Source: Phycisphaeraceae bacterium (GTDB taxonomy: Bacteria; Planctomycetota; Phycisphaerae; Phycisphaerales; Phycisphaeraceae). Taken from it: a stretch of DNA of 64,000 nucleotides. The notes under the pieces were generated by a model that was not told the origin of the DNA, ran no database searches, and saw nothing but the letters and a program-made list of their open reading frames with translations. Of this stretch, positions 9,583-18,619 are shown one piece after another. Position numbers and translations under genes: made by a program. The stretch's first letter is position 1; each line of letters opens with the position of its first letter. The DNA is taken from NCBI GenBank assembly GCA_963674705.1, contig OY771506.1:2912001-2976000 (forward strand), given 5' to 3'.

Positions 9583-9810
9583 GTGATCGCATCCTGTTTC
9601 GCGCTCATCAGCTTCGCCGCTGCATTGGTTGTCGGTTTGCACGTGGGTAACAGCACGTCGACCGTCATCTTCCGCGCGTCGTGTGTGATGCTCGTATGTT
9701 GGGTCGTGGGGTACATGGTTGGTTCGCTCGCGCAGTGGGCGGTACTCGAACACGTGAAGAAGTACAAGCAGGATAATCCTATCCCTGAGGACAGTGTGCC
9801 TGACTCGTAA
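9583..9810 (+). CDS. Small two-TM hypothetical protein upstream of fliA (start may be ATC 9571)
   Basis: Two hydrophobic segments and a charged tail; AAGGAG at 9556-9561. Confidence 0.7.
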   Translation: MIASCFALISFAAALVVGLHVGNSTSTVIFRASCVMLVCWVVGYMVGSLAQWAVLEHVKKYKQDNPIPEDSVPDS

Positions 9811-9955
9811 TCGGCACGCCGGTGAGTAACGCCGGATGTTTGTGGCGGATGTGTGCTTTTCAATGCACCATGAATGAATCAAGACCTGAATGAGAAACAC
9901 AACACGCCGTGCACGGATAGCACATTAAGGCGTTGAGCCGGTCAAGGAGTAGACG

Positions 9956-10768
9956 ATGGCGAAGTCCAGGCAGTCGGTCAAAACAGCCTCACAGAGCGAT
10001 CCCCCAATCCTCGATGTGTGGAACGAATACAAGAAGCTCGGCACCGAGCCCTTGCGCAACAAGCTCATGGAGCATTACCTGCCGCTGGTGAAGTACAACG
10101 CCGAACGCATCTACGCCAAGCTGCCCGATGAAGTCGACATCGACGACCTGATGAGCGCCGGCATCTTCGGCTTGATGGACGCCATCGACGCGTTCGACAT
10201 GGAGCGCGGCGTAAAATTCGAAACCTACTGCGCTCCGCGTATCCGCGGCGCGATCCTCGACGAACTGCGCTCGATGGACTGGGTCCCTCGCCTGGTGCGC
10301 AGCCGATCCAGCCAGGTCGAGCAGGCGCGTCGTTCGCTTCAGATGGAACTCGGCCGCAAGCCAACCGATGACGAACTGTGCAAGAAGATGGGCGTCGACG
10401 ATGAGGAGTTCGCCAAGATCCGCAAGGATGCCGGCGCGGTCGGCGTGGTTTCGCTTTCACGTAAATGGTTCGAGACGGATTCCAACAAGGACGTGCGCGA
10501 GATCGACGTCCTGAAAGATGCCAAGCAAGTCAACCCGTTCAAGGCTGTGCAGAAGCGCGACCTCAAGGATTTAATCACCAAGGGCCTGAGCCGGGCCGAG
10601 CGCTTGATCGTCATCCTCTATTACTACGAAGAGATGACGATGAAAGAGATCGGCGTGACGCTTGATCTGTCCGAATCGCGCGTCAGCCAGATGCACAGCT
10701 CCATCCTCGCCCGCCTCAAAGCACAGCTCCAACATCGTGGCGCGGACCTGCAGCAAGAGGCGGTGTGA
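9956..10768 (+). CDS. fliA: RNA polymerase sigma factor FliA/WhiG (sigma28)
   Basis: KFETYCAPRIRGAILDELRSMDWVPR, LSESRVSQMH; AAGGAG SD. Confidence 0.96.
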   Translation: MAKSRQSVKTASQSDPPILDVWNEYKKLGTEPLRNKLMEHYLPLVKYNAERIYAKLPDEVDIDDLMSAGIFGLMDAIDAFDMERGVKFETYCAPRIRGAILDELRSMDWVPRLVRSRSSQVEQARRSLQMELGRKPTDDELCKKMGVDDEEFAKIRKDAGAVGVVSLSRKWFETDSNKDVREIDVLKDAKQVNPFKAVQKRDLKDLITKGLSRAERLIVILYYYEEMTMKEIGVTLDLSESRVSQMHSSILARLKAQLQHRGADLQQEAV

Positions 10769-10771
10769 GTT

Positions 10772-10882
10772 TAGGGTGTCGGGTGTAGGGTGTTGGGTAT
10801 AGGGTAAGAACAAAGCTTTGAACATGGATAATGCACGAATGGTCCGATTGTTTTCGGCATTCGTGTATTTTCATTTGTGTAT
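10772..10882. repeat. G-rich heptamer tandem plus 12-bp-arm hairpin
   Basis: TAGGGTG TCGGGTG TAGGGTG TTGGGTA TAGGGTA (10772-10806); AATGCACGAATG/CATTCGTGTATT (10830-10869). Confidence 0.8.
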
Positions 10883-10941
10883 TTACGGCTTGAGACTGTC
10901 AACTTGACTTAAGCGTACGATTGCCCGACCCTGTCGGGCTT

Positions 10942-12669
10942 ATGTCAGATATTCAACAGACACTTGAGTCGCTATTAAGTAGCGCTGTGACCGACGCGTT
11001 TGGCCCGGAGTATGCCGATGCGGACCCGATCCTGCGCCTGGCCGGGAACCCGAAGTTCGGGGATTACCAGGCCAATTTAGCGATGGGTTTAGCCAAGAAG
11101 CTGGGCCAGAAGCCGCGCGACATCGCCGAGGCGATCCGTGAGAAGCTGCCGATCGGTGGCGTCATCGAAAAGGCGGAGGTCGCCGGGCCGGGGTTTATTA
11201 ATCTGACACTGTCAGCGAAGCTGCTCAACGATCAACTCGCCACGGTTGCCGGCAACGATCGGCTGTGTATCGATAAAGCTGAACCGCCCGTGACGGTGGT
11301 CATCGACTACGCGAGCCCGAACCTTGCCAAGGAAATGCACATCGGGCACCTGCGGTCGACAATCATCGGCGACGCTATCGCGCGCGTGCTCGACTTCCAG
11401 GGACAAAACGTTATCCGACACAACCACCTCGGCGATTGGGGCACGCAGTTCGGCATGCTGCTCGAACACCTGATCGATACCGGCTGGGTGAAAAGCGAAG
11501 ACCACACGATCGGCGACCTGAATACGCTTTACCAGGAAGCGAAGAAGCGCGACGACAGCGATCCCAACTTTGCTGAGCGAGCGCGCAAGCGCGTGGTTGC
11601 TTTGCAGGGCGGTGATGAGCAGTCGCTTGCGATCTGGAAGATGCTCATCGGTGAATCCGTCCGGCACATGAACGACATCTTCACTCGCTTAAACGTCGGC
11701 CTGACCGACAGCGACCTGAAAGGCGAGAGCTTTTACAACGATCGGCTTGGTCCCGTTACCGAATCCCTCAAGGAAGCCGGCGTCGCGCGTGAAAGCGACG
11801 GCGCGCTTTGTATCTTCGGCAACAACGAAGACGAAGCGCCGCTGATCATTCGCAAGAGCGATGGCGGATTCGGTTATGCCACGACCGACCTGGCGGCGCT
11901 ACAGCACCGTATCGGGGATCTTGATGCATCGAGGTTGATCTATGTCGTGGACTCAAGGCAGCGCGACCACTTCAACAAGTTCTTCGCCGCAGCCGAAAAA
12001 GCCGGCTGGGTCGGCGACGCCAAGCTCGATTACGTCCCGTTCGGCACGATCATGGGCCAGGACCGAAAACCCTTCAAAACCAGGGAGGGCGGCACGGTTC
12101 GGCTCGTTGATGTGTTGGATGAAGCGATCGAACGGGCCGGCAAGGTGATCGCCGAGAAAGCACCGGACTTATCGAGCGATGAACGCGATGCGATCTCGCG
12201 CGTCGTCGGCGTCGGAGCGGTCAAGTACTTCGATTTGTCTAACGACCGGATCAAGGACTACATCTTCGACTGGGACCGGATGCTCGCGCTGGAAGGCAAC
12301 ACCGCGCCATATCTGATCAACGCTTACGTGCGGATCAAATCCATCTTCCGCAAGGGCGAGATCGACCCGGTCACGATCACCGGCGACATGATCAACCTTG
12401 AAGAGGACGCCGAGCGAGCGCTTGCATTGCATTTATTGCAATTGCCACGCATCGTGGGTTCGGTCGCGGACAGCCTGGAGCCGCACCGGTTGTGTACATA
12501 CCTGTACGAACTCGCCGCCGGCTTCCACAAGTTTTACGAGAAGTGCCCTGTGCTGACAGCCGAAACTGATGCGCAACGCAGCAGCAGGCTGGCGCTGTGT
12601 GATCTTGTTGCGCGGACGTTGAAGCTTGGGTTAGGATTGCTCGGGATCGAGACGGTGGAGCGGATGTAA
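10942..12669 (+). CDS. argS: Arginine--tRNA ligase
   Basis: FGDYQAN, GPGFIN, SPNLAKEMHIGHLRSTIIGD, GDWGTQFGML, EGNTAPY, C-terminal ERM. Confidence 0.98.
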   Translation: MSDIQQTLESLLSSAVTDAFGPEYADADPILRLAGNPKFGDYQANLAMGLAKKLGQKPRDIAEAIREKLPIGGVIEKAEVAGPGFINLTLSAKLLNDQLATVAGNDRLCIDKAEPPVTVVIDYASPNLAKEMHIGHLRSTIIGDAIARVLDFQGQNVIRHNHLGDWGTQFGMLLEHLIDTGWVKSEDHTIGDLNTLYQEAKKRDDSDPNFAERARKRVVALQGGDEQSLAIWKMLIGESVRHMNDIFTRLNVGLTDSDLKGESFYNDRLGPVTESLKEAGVARESDGALCIFGNNEDEAPLIIRKSDGGFGYATTDLAALQHRIGDLDASRLIYVVDSRQRDHFNKFFAAAEKAGWVGDAKLDYVPFGTIMGQDRKPFKTREGGTVRLVDVLDEAIERAGKVIAEKAPDLSSDERDAISRVVGVGAVKYFDLSNDRIKDYIFDWDRMLALEGNTAPYLINAYVRIKSIFRKGEIDPVTITGDMINLEEDAERALALHLLQLPRIVGSVADSLEPHRLCTYLYELAAGFHKFYEKCPVLTAETDAQRSSRLALCDLVARTLKLGLGLLGIETVERM

Positions 12670-12685
12670 CGGTACTATATGGCGG

Positions 12686-13459
12686 ATGCCTGATTCAAAT
12701 ACAGTGCGGCATTCCAAACAAAACCGGCGGCAAATCTGCCGGAGTAAATATTGGGTTTCCCCTCGTTCGCAGTTACCACGACCTGCTCGTCGGGCAGGTT
12801 CCTCGCCTAAAGCGCAACAAACGATCTGGGAAAAAGACTTTGCAGGCCATGAAACGTGCTGGATATCTGATCCAGTCCGGCATATGTGGCCGTACCTCAT
12901 ATTTACGTTTTTCATTTTTTGTCTGTGGGCCTTCCTGATCTTTCTGGCGATCTATGATATGTCATGGGGTTTACTTGGTTTTCTTCCCCTGATCTTCCTG
13001 TTTGCATGGTTCTTGTGCATCTATGTGCCTGATTTTTATCATGCTTTGCGCGTTGGTAAATCTGTACTTCACTTTGAATCGTTCCCTTATGTTCCGGGGA
13101 AGTCGTTTGTGGCAGAATGGGTATCGCCGCGTCGGTACGATGATCCCGATGCCTTGGTCTTCACGCTGCGTTGTGTCGAGTCTGTCTGGGAGACGGTGGG
13201 CGATAGTGAAACATGGGTGCTGTATGAATGCTGGTCAAGGGAGGTTGAGGTTAAAGAGATACATACCAGGAATACCGGCACGCATGCCAAGCTCTACTAC
13301 CAATTGCCGCACAAACTTCGTTCAACTCGGTTGCACAGCAAGGCGCCACGTCATTGGGAACTTGAAGTGAGTGTCAGAGGCACGGAAGATAAACCCGTCG
13401 CCATGCATCGCGTACCCATTTACCGAAAAACAAGAAACCACGGTAAGTCATCTGACTAG
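12686..13459 (+). CDS. Hypothetical two-TM membrane protein, lower GC
   Basis: 257-aa ORF, two TM helices followed by a beta-rich soluble part. Confidence 0.7.
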   Translation: MPDSNTVRHSKQNRRQICRSKYWVSPRSQLPRPARRAGSSPKAQQTIWEKDFAGHETCWISDPVRHMWPYLIFTFFIFCLWAFLIFLAIYDMSWGLLGFLPLIFLFAWFLCIYVPDFYHALRVGKSVLHFESFPYVPGKSFVAEWVSPRRYDDPDALVFTLRCVESVWETVGDSETWVLYECWSREVEVKEIHTRNTGTHAKLYYQLPHKLRSTRLHSKAPRHWELEVSVRGTEDKPVAMHRVPIYRKTRNHGKSSD

Positions 13460-13528
13460 GCTATACGATCTTGTCGCACGGACGCGACAACATTCTCAAT
13501 CCAAGTGTAGTGATCGCCACACTTAACA

Positions 13529-13603
13529 GTCATCCCCGCGCAGGCGGGGATCCATGTACAGGGATTCATTGTGCGCGTGGATTCCCGTGTGCACGGGAAT
13601 GAC
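13529..13603. repeat. REP/dRS3-like inverted doublet
   Basis: GTCATCCCCGCGCAGGCGGGGATCCA ... TGGATTCCCGTGTGCACGGGAATGAC; each arm palindromic. Confidence 0.85.
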
Positions 13604-13660
13604 GACCTCTGTTAACGCGAGTATTTTTCGTCCCCGAATGCTACGAATCTTCGGGCACGA

Positions 13661-13692
13661 AAATCATAAATCCCAAATCCCAAATCATAAAT
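13661..13692. repeat. Heptamer tandem (AAATCAT/AAATCCC) overlapping the stop of the 13685 gene
   Basis: AAATCAT AAATCCC AAATCCC AAATCAT AAAT. Confidence 0.8.
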
Positions 13693-14932
13693 TCAAAGCT
13701 TTCCTCAACTCACTTGCGATCCAGGCGAGTTCGTTGTTGGATAGCTGGTTAAGCATGGTAATCATTTTGCCTTGTTTGCAATTGATCTGCAGATTCAGGA
13801 TGGGCACATCGTCGCTCTCTTTGCCGCAATATTCCAAGCGGATGGATTCGATGTTGTCTCGATGGACCTCCTGCTGTTTTATCTTGAAGATGCTTTGGTG
13901 CGAGATCAGTAGTGTCTCGCCGACGACGTCGATGATGGCTCGGCGCTTGCCGATATTGATTGCCGCGATCAATGTTGCGATACCGAGCCCCCAGAGCGTA
14001 GTGAGACACATTAGCACAATGTAACTATTCCAGCCTTGTGTGCTTCTGTGGCCGGCAAACCATAAGCCGGTAAATAGTGCCATGAACAGGTTCCACGACA
14101 ATGAGAAGGCTAATATGCCTTTGGATCCTTTGCGTATGCCAACCGATGGGATGGTGAATGTCAGACCGTTTTTGTGAAGTTCCAGCCTTACATCTGTATA
14201 TGTAGGCTTCGGTGCGTTTACATCCGGTCCTTGCGGGATGTTTGGAACGTCAAGCGGTTTTATTTTCTTGTGTGTTAACTTCCCCAATCCTTCGATCAGA
14301 CTCTCGGGGTCGGACGACTGTTCTTCGATCGGGATCGATGCGTGTCTGGGATCGAGTAGTGTGATGTCAACATGTAGTTGAAAACGTTCTGTGAGATGCT
14401 GGGCGAGAGCTTGAAGCGTGTCTCTGTGATATCCCCATGCAATGATTCGTCGTTGACCACCGACAAGGTCGGCTTTGAGTGTCCCGATCATCGGGTGGAT
14501 CCCGCTCAGTTTGTTTCCGGGATTACCTGTCTTAATCTGGAACGTGCGAATATTGTTGATCAGCATCTTTCGCCACAGCCGAAGCGGGCCGCTATGGTGG
14601 GCGGCGATCAGCCATTCATTGTGAACTTCGATTGTATTGTGTCCGCCAATCATGAAGCAGCCGAGTAAGACAGGCAGAAGCATGATGAGGAACCAGACGA
14701 TGCCGAAGAGCACAACGAGGGGGCCTGTGCTGCTGCTTCCGTTTTCAGAAGTGGTGAAAAGCCCGCTGCCGATCAGTGAGATGTATATCCCGAACACCGC
14801 GTTGAAAACGGAAAATATTATGATGGGCCAAGCCGCGACACGCAGACACCCGACATGCCGTTGCGGCAACTCATAACGCTCACCTGTCGGTATCGGGATA
14901 ACCTTGATCTCCGGAGGCAGGTTGGCGGGCAT
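13685..14932 (-). CDS. Hypothetical membrane protein, paralog of 15051-16877
   Basis: Start reassigned to MPANLPPEIKV by alignment with MPTPLPPEVTV; shared C-terminal module (GKRRAIIDVVG..ELAWIASELRKA). Confidence 0.8.
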   Translation of the reverse strand: MPANLPPEIKVIPIPTGERYELPQRHVGCLRVAAWPIIIFSVFNAVFGIYISLIGSGLFTTSENGSSSTGPLVVLFGIVWFLIMLLPVLLGCFMIGGHNTIEVHNEWLIAAHHSGPLRLWRKMLINNIRTFQIKTGNPGNKLSGIHPMIGTLKADLVGGQRRIIAWGYHRDTLQALAQHLTERFQLHVDITLLDPRHASIPIEEQSSDPESLIEGLGKLTHKKIKPLDVPNIPQGPDVNAPKPTYTDVRLELHKNGLTFTIPSVGIRKGSKGILAFSLSWNLFMALFTGLWFAGHRSTQGWNSYIVLMCLTTLWGLGIATLIAAINIGKRRAIIDVVGETLLISHQSIFKIKQQEVHRDNIESIRLEYCGKESDDVPILNLQINCKQGKMITMLNQLSNNELAWIASELRKALNL

Positions 14933-15050
14933 GGCTGTATTTATAGCAACCTCGTATTCGGCATGCTTTGGAAGCGGGGCGGATGGGGGGAATCGCTGAA
15001 CTGTAATCGTTAATCGCTGATGTCCGCGCTTTCGCAACTCACATTAACAA

Positions 15051-16877
15051 TCAGCAATCTATCCCCATGGCCTTCCTTAACTCACTTGCGATCCAAGCGA
15101 GTTCTTCGTTTCTTAACTGGCTAAGCATGGTGATTTTTCTGCCTTGTTTACGGTGGATCTGCAGGTTGAGGATGGGGATGTCGTTGACGCGGGTGCCGGA
15201 TTCGTCGCGGCGGATGGAGGCGATGTTGTCGCGGTGTACTTCGTCCTGTAGGGTTTTGAAGATGTTCTTGCGTGTGATGAGCAGTGTGTCGCCAACGACG
15301 TCGAGGATGGCGCGGCGTCGGCCGGCGTTGATGGCGCCCAGCAGCATGCCGATGCCGATCAGTAGGAAGATACCGAGGAAGGGGATGATGAAAAGCAGGT
15401 CGGTCCATTGTTTGAACGCGCCGACGAAGATCATCACCGTGATGATGATGGCGATGATGAGATTCCATACGATCGCGAAACCGAACAGGCCTTTGCTGGC
15501 TTTGAGGATGCCAACCGGTGGGACGGTGATGGTGATGCCGTCGCGGCTTTTTTCGAGCGTGGCGATGGCGCTTGCGGGGCGGGGCAGATCGTTGGATTGA
15601 TTGGCTTCGAGGTCCTGGCTTGCATCGCGTGGTTTGGCTAAAACGCTGCGCAGTTCGCCGGCGATCCATGCCAATTCATCGTTGGACAGTTGGCTTAGCA
15701 GTGCGATCTTCTTGCCTTGTTTGCGGTGGATCTGAAGGTTGAGGATGGGCACATCATTGACCTCGGTGCCGCTTGCATCGCGGCGGATCGATTCGATCTC
15801 GTCGCGGTGGACTTCTTCCTGCCTGGTTTTGAAAATGCTTTTACGTGTGATGAGCAGTGTGTCGCCGACGACATCGAGGATAGCGCGGCGTTTGCCGGCG
15901 TTGATCGCGGCGAGCGCCATCCAGATGCCGACAGTCCAGAAAAGCGGGACTATCAGCCAGACCACCCAAGCGTCGGGGTCTGTCATCGCACCGCCTGCAA
16001 TCGTGCCGATAGTGAACACAGACATGAACAGGTTCCATATGATCGAGAAGCCGAACATCCCTTTGGAACCTTTGCGCATGCCGACGGGCGGGACGGTGAT
16101 GGTCAGGCCGTCGCTGTTGTATTCAAGCGTTGATACGGCATCGTCGGGGCGTGGCGGTGTTTCATACTGGTTTGATGGTTGTGGTTCGTTATTGCGGTGT
16201 TGGCTTGCTGACCTGACGAGATTATCACCGAGCGTGCGCTCTTCGACGGCAATGGAGGTTTGGTCGCTCTCGAAGAGGGTAGCGCCGGCCTGCTGTTCGA
16301 CTTGTGCCGAGATATCGGTGGCGAGGGCGAGCAGCAGTTCTTGTTTATAGCCCCATGTAAGGTTGCGTGTTTTGCCGTCGGTGAGCGTGATGTTAAGCGC
16401 CGCGGCGATGTTTGAAAGAAAGTCAGGCGCTTCGCCGGGGCGGGCGGTTTTGACTTGGAGTTTTTTGATTTTACTGATGTTGTATTTCCTGCGGCGGCGC
16501 AGCGGGCCCGAGCCTTGGGTTGTGATGAGTTGATCGCTGCGCAGTTCGATGCTGGTTTTTCCGCCAGATAGGAATCGGCCGAATTTGAGCAGGGGGATGC
16601 CGAAGAACAGGCAGGGCAGCGCGAAGAAAGCGCCGAACAGATTGGTGAAGTCGTAGCTGCCAGCTTGTCCACCGCTTGACCATTGGTCCATCAACCACGT
16701 GTACAGGCCGGTGGGGAAGAGGATCAGGTAGAGCGCAACGCCGATCAGAATCAACCCGATGAGCGTGAGCAGGTTTGCGATTTTTTTAAGCCAGCCGGCT
16801 TCACGTTTCGGCAGCAGGTACATCACGCCGGTTGGCGTGGACTGCACGGTGACTTCGGGGGGCAGGGGAGTTGGCAT
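15051..16877 (-). CDS. Hypothetical membrane protein with tandemly duplicated 2TM+beta module
   Basis: DG(L/I)TITVPPVG..AINAG(K/R)RRAILDVVGDTLLITRK..ELAWIA occurs twice. Confidence 0.85.
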   Translation of the reverse strand: MPTPLPPEVTVQSTPTGVMYLLPKREAGWLKKIANLLTLIGLILIGVALYLILFPTGLYTWLMDQWSSGGQAGSYDFTNLFGAFFALPCLFFGIPLLKFGRFLSGGKTSIELRSDQLITTQGSGPLRRRRKYNISKIKKLQVKTARPGEAPDFLSNIAAALNITLTDGKTRNLTWGYKQELLLALATDISAQVEQQAGATLFESDQTSIAVEERTLGDNLVRSASQHRNNEPQPSNQYETPPRPDDAVSTLEYNSDGLTITVPPVGMRKGSKGMFGFSIIWNLFMSVFTIGTIAGGAMTDPDAWVVWLIVPLFWTVGIWMALAAINAGKRRAILDVVGDTLLITRKSIFKTRQEEVHRDEIESIRRDASGTEVNDVPILNLQIHRKQGKKIALLSQLSNDELAWIAGELRSVLAKPRDASQDLEANQSNDLPRPASAIATLEKSRDGITITVPPVGILKASKGLFGFAIVWNLIIAIIITVMIFVGAFKQWTDLLFIIPFLGIFLLIGIGMLLGAINAGRRRAILDVVGDTLLITRKNIFKTLQDEVHRDNIASIRRDESGTRVNDIPILNLQIHRKQGRKITMLSQLRNEELAWIASELRKAMGIDC

Positions 16878-16926
16878 GATGCTTTTATATCGGCCGTTGT
16901 GGACGGATGCTGGAATTGGTGATTGT

Positions 16927-17160
16927 TGCCACGAAAAGGCACAGATATGGGTCTGGGGTCTAGGGTCTAGTCAGAAACTTCCGGGGCAACGCCGGTCCTG
17001 AGCGAAGCGAAGGGGCGGGTATCTTCATGTTCAATGTTCGATGTGCGATGTTCAATCTGGAAGCGGCAACCAGTAATCCGTGCTAATGGCTAACGGCTTA
17101 AACAACTCATACATTTCGAAAGGAAACTTTGGGATAGCCACGAAAAGGCACAGAAGGGGC
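16927..17160. repeat. Composite intergenic repeat mosaic
   Basis: GCCACGAAAAGGCACAGA at both ends, GGGTCTR heptamers, 36-nt hairpin repeat 16987-17022, ATGTTCR heptamers, GCTAAYG heptamers. Confidence 0.85.
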
Positions 17161-17182
17161 TGGTGAATTGACTCGGGTTGAT

Positions 17183-18436
17183 TTAGATGCTTGCCGGCAT
17201 CATCAACCGTCTTAAGACTTCGACTAGCCAGACGAGGTCTTCGGTCTTTCGGCCGTGGAGGAGCCTGAGCTGTTTGCCTTTGTGTTGATCGATGACCAAT
17301 TCGTATTCGGATTGGTTGTTACGCTGGACTTCAGTGTCTTTGAGCGTGACTGATTTGATGTTGGTGCCGGGGATCGAAGTTAATGAAGTGCGGCCAAACC
17401 GATGACGGTAGATCAGCAGGTGGGGTTCGTCCGCTTCCATTTTGATGATGAATCGGTATTCGCTGAGCAGGCGCTGGAGTGGTAGGAAGACTAACATCGT
17501 GAACAAGCCGGGGCCGGCTCCAATGAATACAAGCAGGCATAGCCACGCGAAGCCGTCCTGGTTCCACTTGCTGTAGTGTGTCAGTACGTGTCCTGTGCCG
17601 AACAATGCGCCGCTCGCCGCGACACTGCCGAATCCTATTCTTAGAAAGTCAGAAAGCGTCGGCTTGGGCCTGAAGATACGCACTTCCAGTTGATCGGCGG
17701 TTTCGCTGTAATAGAGTTCCGATCCGTCGGGTAGTGGTGGCAGACGTGACTCGTAATCGGGTTCCGTGCATTCGGATGCTTCGGCGACTTTGAGGCCGTA
17801 CTCGTTGATGAAGTCGAACGCAAGCGGCAGAGGTTGATGTTGCATTTGCAATTGATATGCAAGCGGAACGAGCCAATCGGCGGGGTAATCGTTGGCGATG
17901 ATGAAGGGATTGCCAGATTGCCTTGTCACTGTCAGCGTTGCGAGTGCTGGTCGTTTATTAAAACGCTCGGCGGTTTGCTTTTCCAGCGCGCTATGCGTTG
18001 GCTGGGTGATTCTCAGGCCGGTCAGTTCAGTGAGTTGGACGTGTTTGCGTGATCTGAATGGCCCCCGGTGGATGAGGGTGTATAACCGATCGTTGTCTGA
18101 CGAGACTTCCAGCCAACCGAAGCTTTGCAGCAGGAATTTATCCGTGTTTATGAGTACTGGGATCAATGCAATCAGTAGTGGCACAAGTATTGAGAGAGCG
18201 ATCGCCAGAGCTCGGGAGGTGAGTGGTGGGCTTGTCAAAATCACCCAGGTCATTCTGCCGGCAAAAGGGAGGATTGCCAGGATGACTAACGTGTAGAACA
18301 GGTGAGTCAGCAAACCTGTTTTGTAAGGTCGAGGGCACAGCACGAAACGATAGCCGTCGGAGGCGTCGTGGCGTTGAACCGCTGGGGGCAGTTCGGTTGG
18401 TCGCTGAATGCTGTCGTCGGCGTTATCCCGGTTCAT
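17183..18436 (-). CDS. Hypothetical membrane protein, distant paralog of the two downstream genes
   Basis: LPP..GYRFVL.PR N-terminus, two 2TM+beta modules, DLVWL..VLR end. Confidence 0.75.
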   Translation of the reverse strand: MNRDNADDSIQRPTELPPAVQRHDASDGYRFVLCPRPYKTGLLTHLFYTLVILAILPFAGRMTWVILTSPPLTSRALAIALSILVPLLIALIPVLINTDKFLLQSFGWLEVSSDNDRLYTLIHRGPFRSRKHVQLTELTGLRITQPTHSALEKQTAERFNKRPALATLTVTRQSGNPFIIANDYPADWLVPLAYQLQMQHQPLPLAFDFINEYGLKVAEASECTEPDYESRLPPLPDGSELYYSETADQLEVRIFRPKPTLSDFLRIGFGSVAASGALFGTGHVLTHYSKWNQDGFAWLCLLVFIGAGPGLFTMLVFLPLQRLLSEYRFIIKMEADEPHLLIYRHRFGRTSLTSIPGTNIKSVTLKDTEVQRNNQSEYELVIDQHKGKQLRLLHGRKTEDLVWLVEVLRRLMMPASI

Positions 18437-18507
18437 GGCACCATTATGCCATGGTTACGCGACATGTGGTTAGGATTAGCAGCGTGCCCATGTCTGGTAT
18501 GTCAGGA

Positions 18508-18603
18508 TAGCCATGAAAATGCACAGAAGACACAAAAGGGGCTGCGTAAAGAAGACCTCTGTGTGCCTTTGAATTATGTGTGTTTTGTGCCTTTTTGTGG
18601 CTA
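18508..18603. repeat. Gene-less inverted arm pair of 9-mer periodic type
   Basis: TAGCCATGAAAATGCACAGAAGACACAAA versus reverse complement TAGCCACAAAAAGGCACAAAACACACATA (23/29). Confidence 0.8.
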
Positions 18604-18619
18604 GATCTTAATGTTGAGC

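Noticed and set aside
10807..10941. T-box leader for argS
   Set aside because: No T-box consensus; only short hairpins, including GCCCGAC/GTCGGGC just before the ATG
13554..14024. 156-aa plus-strand ORF beginning in the REP doublet
   Set aside because: Translates repeat DNA and the antisense strand of the 13685 gene
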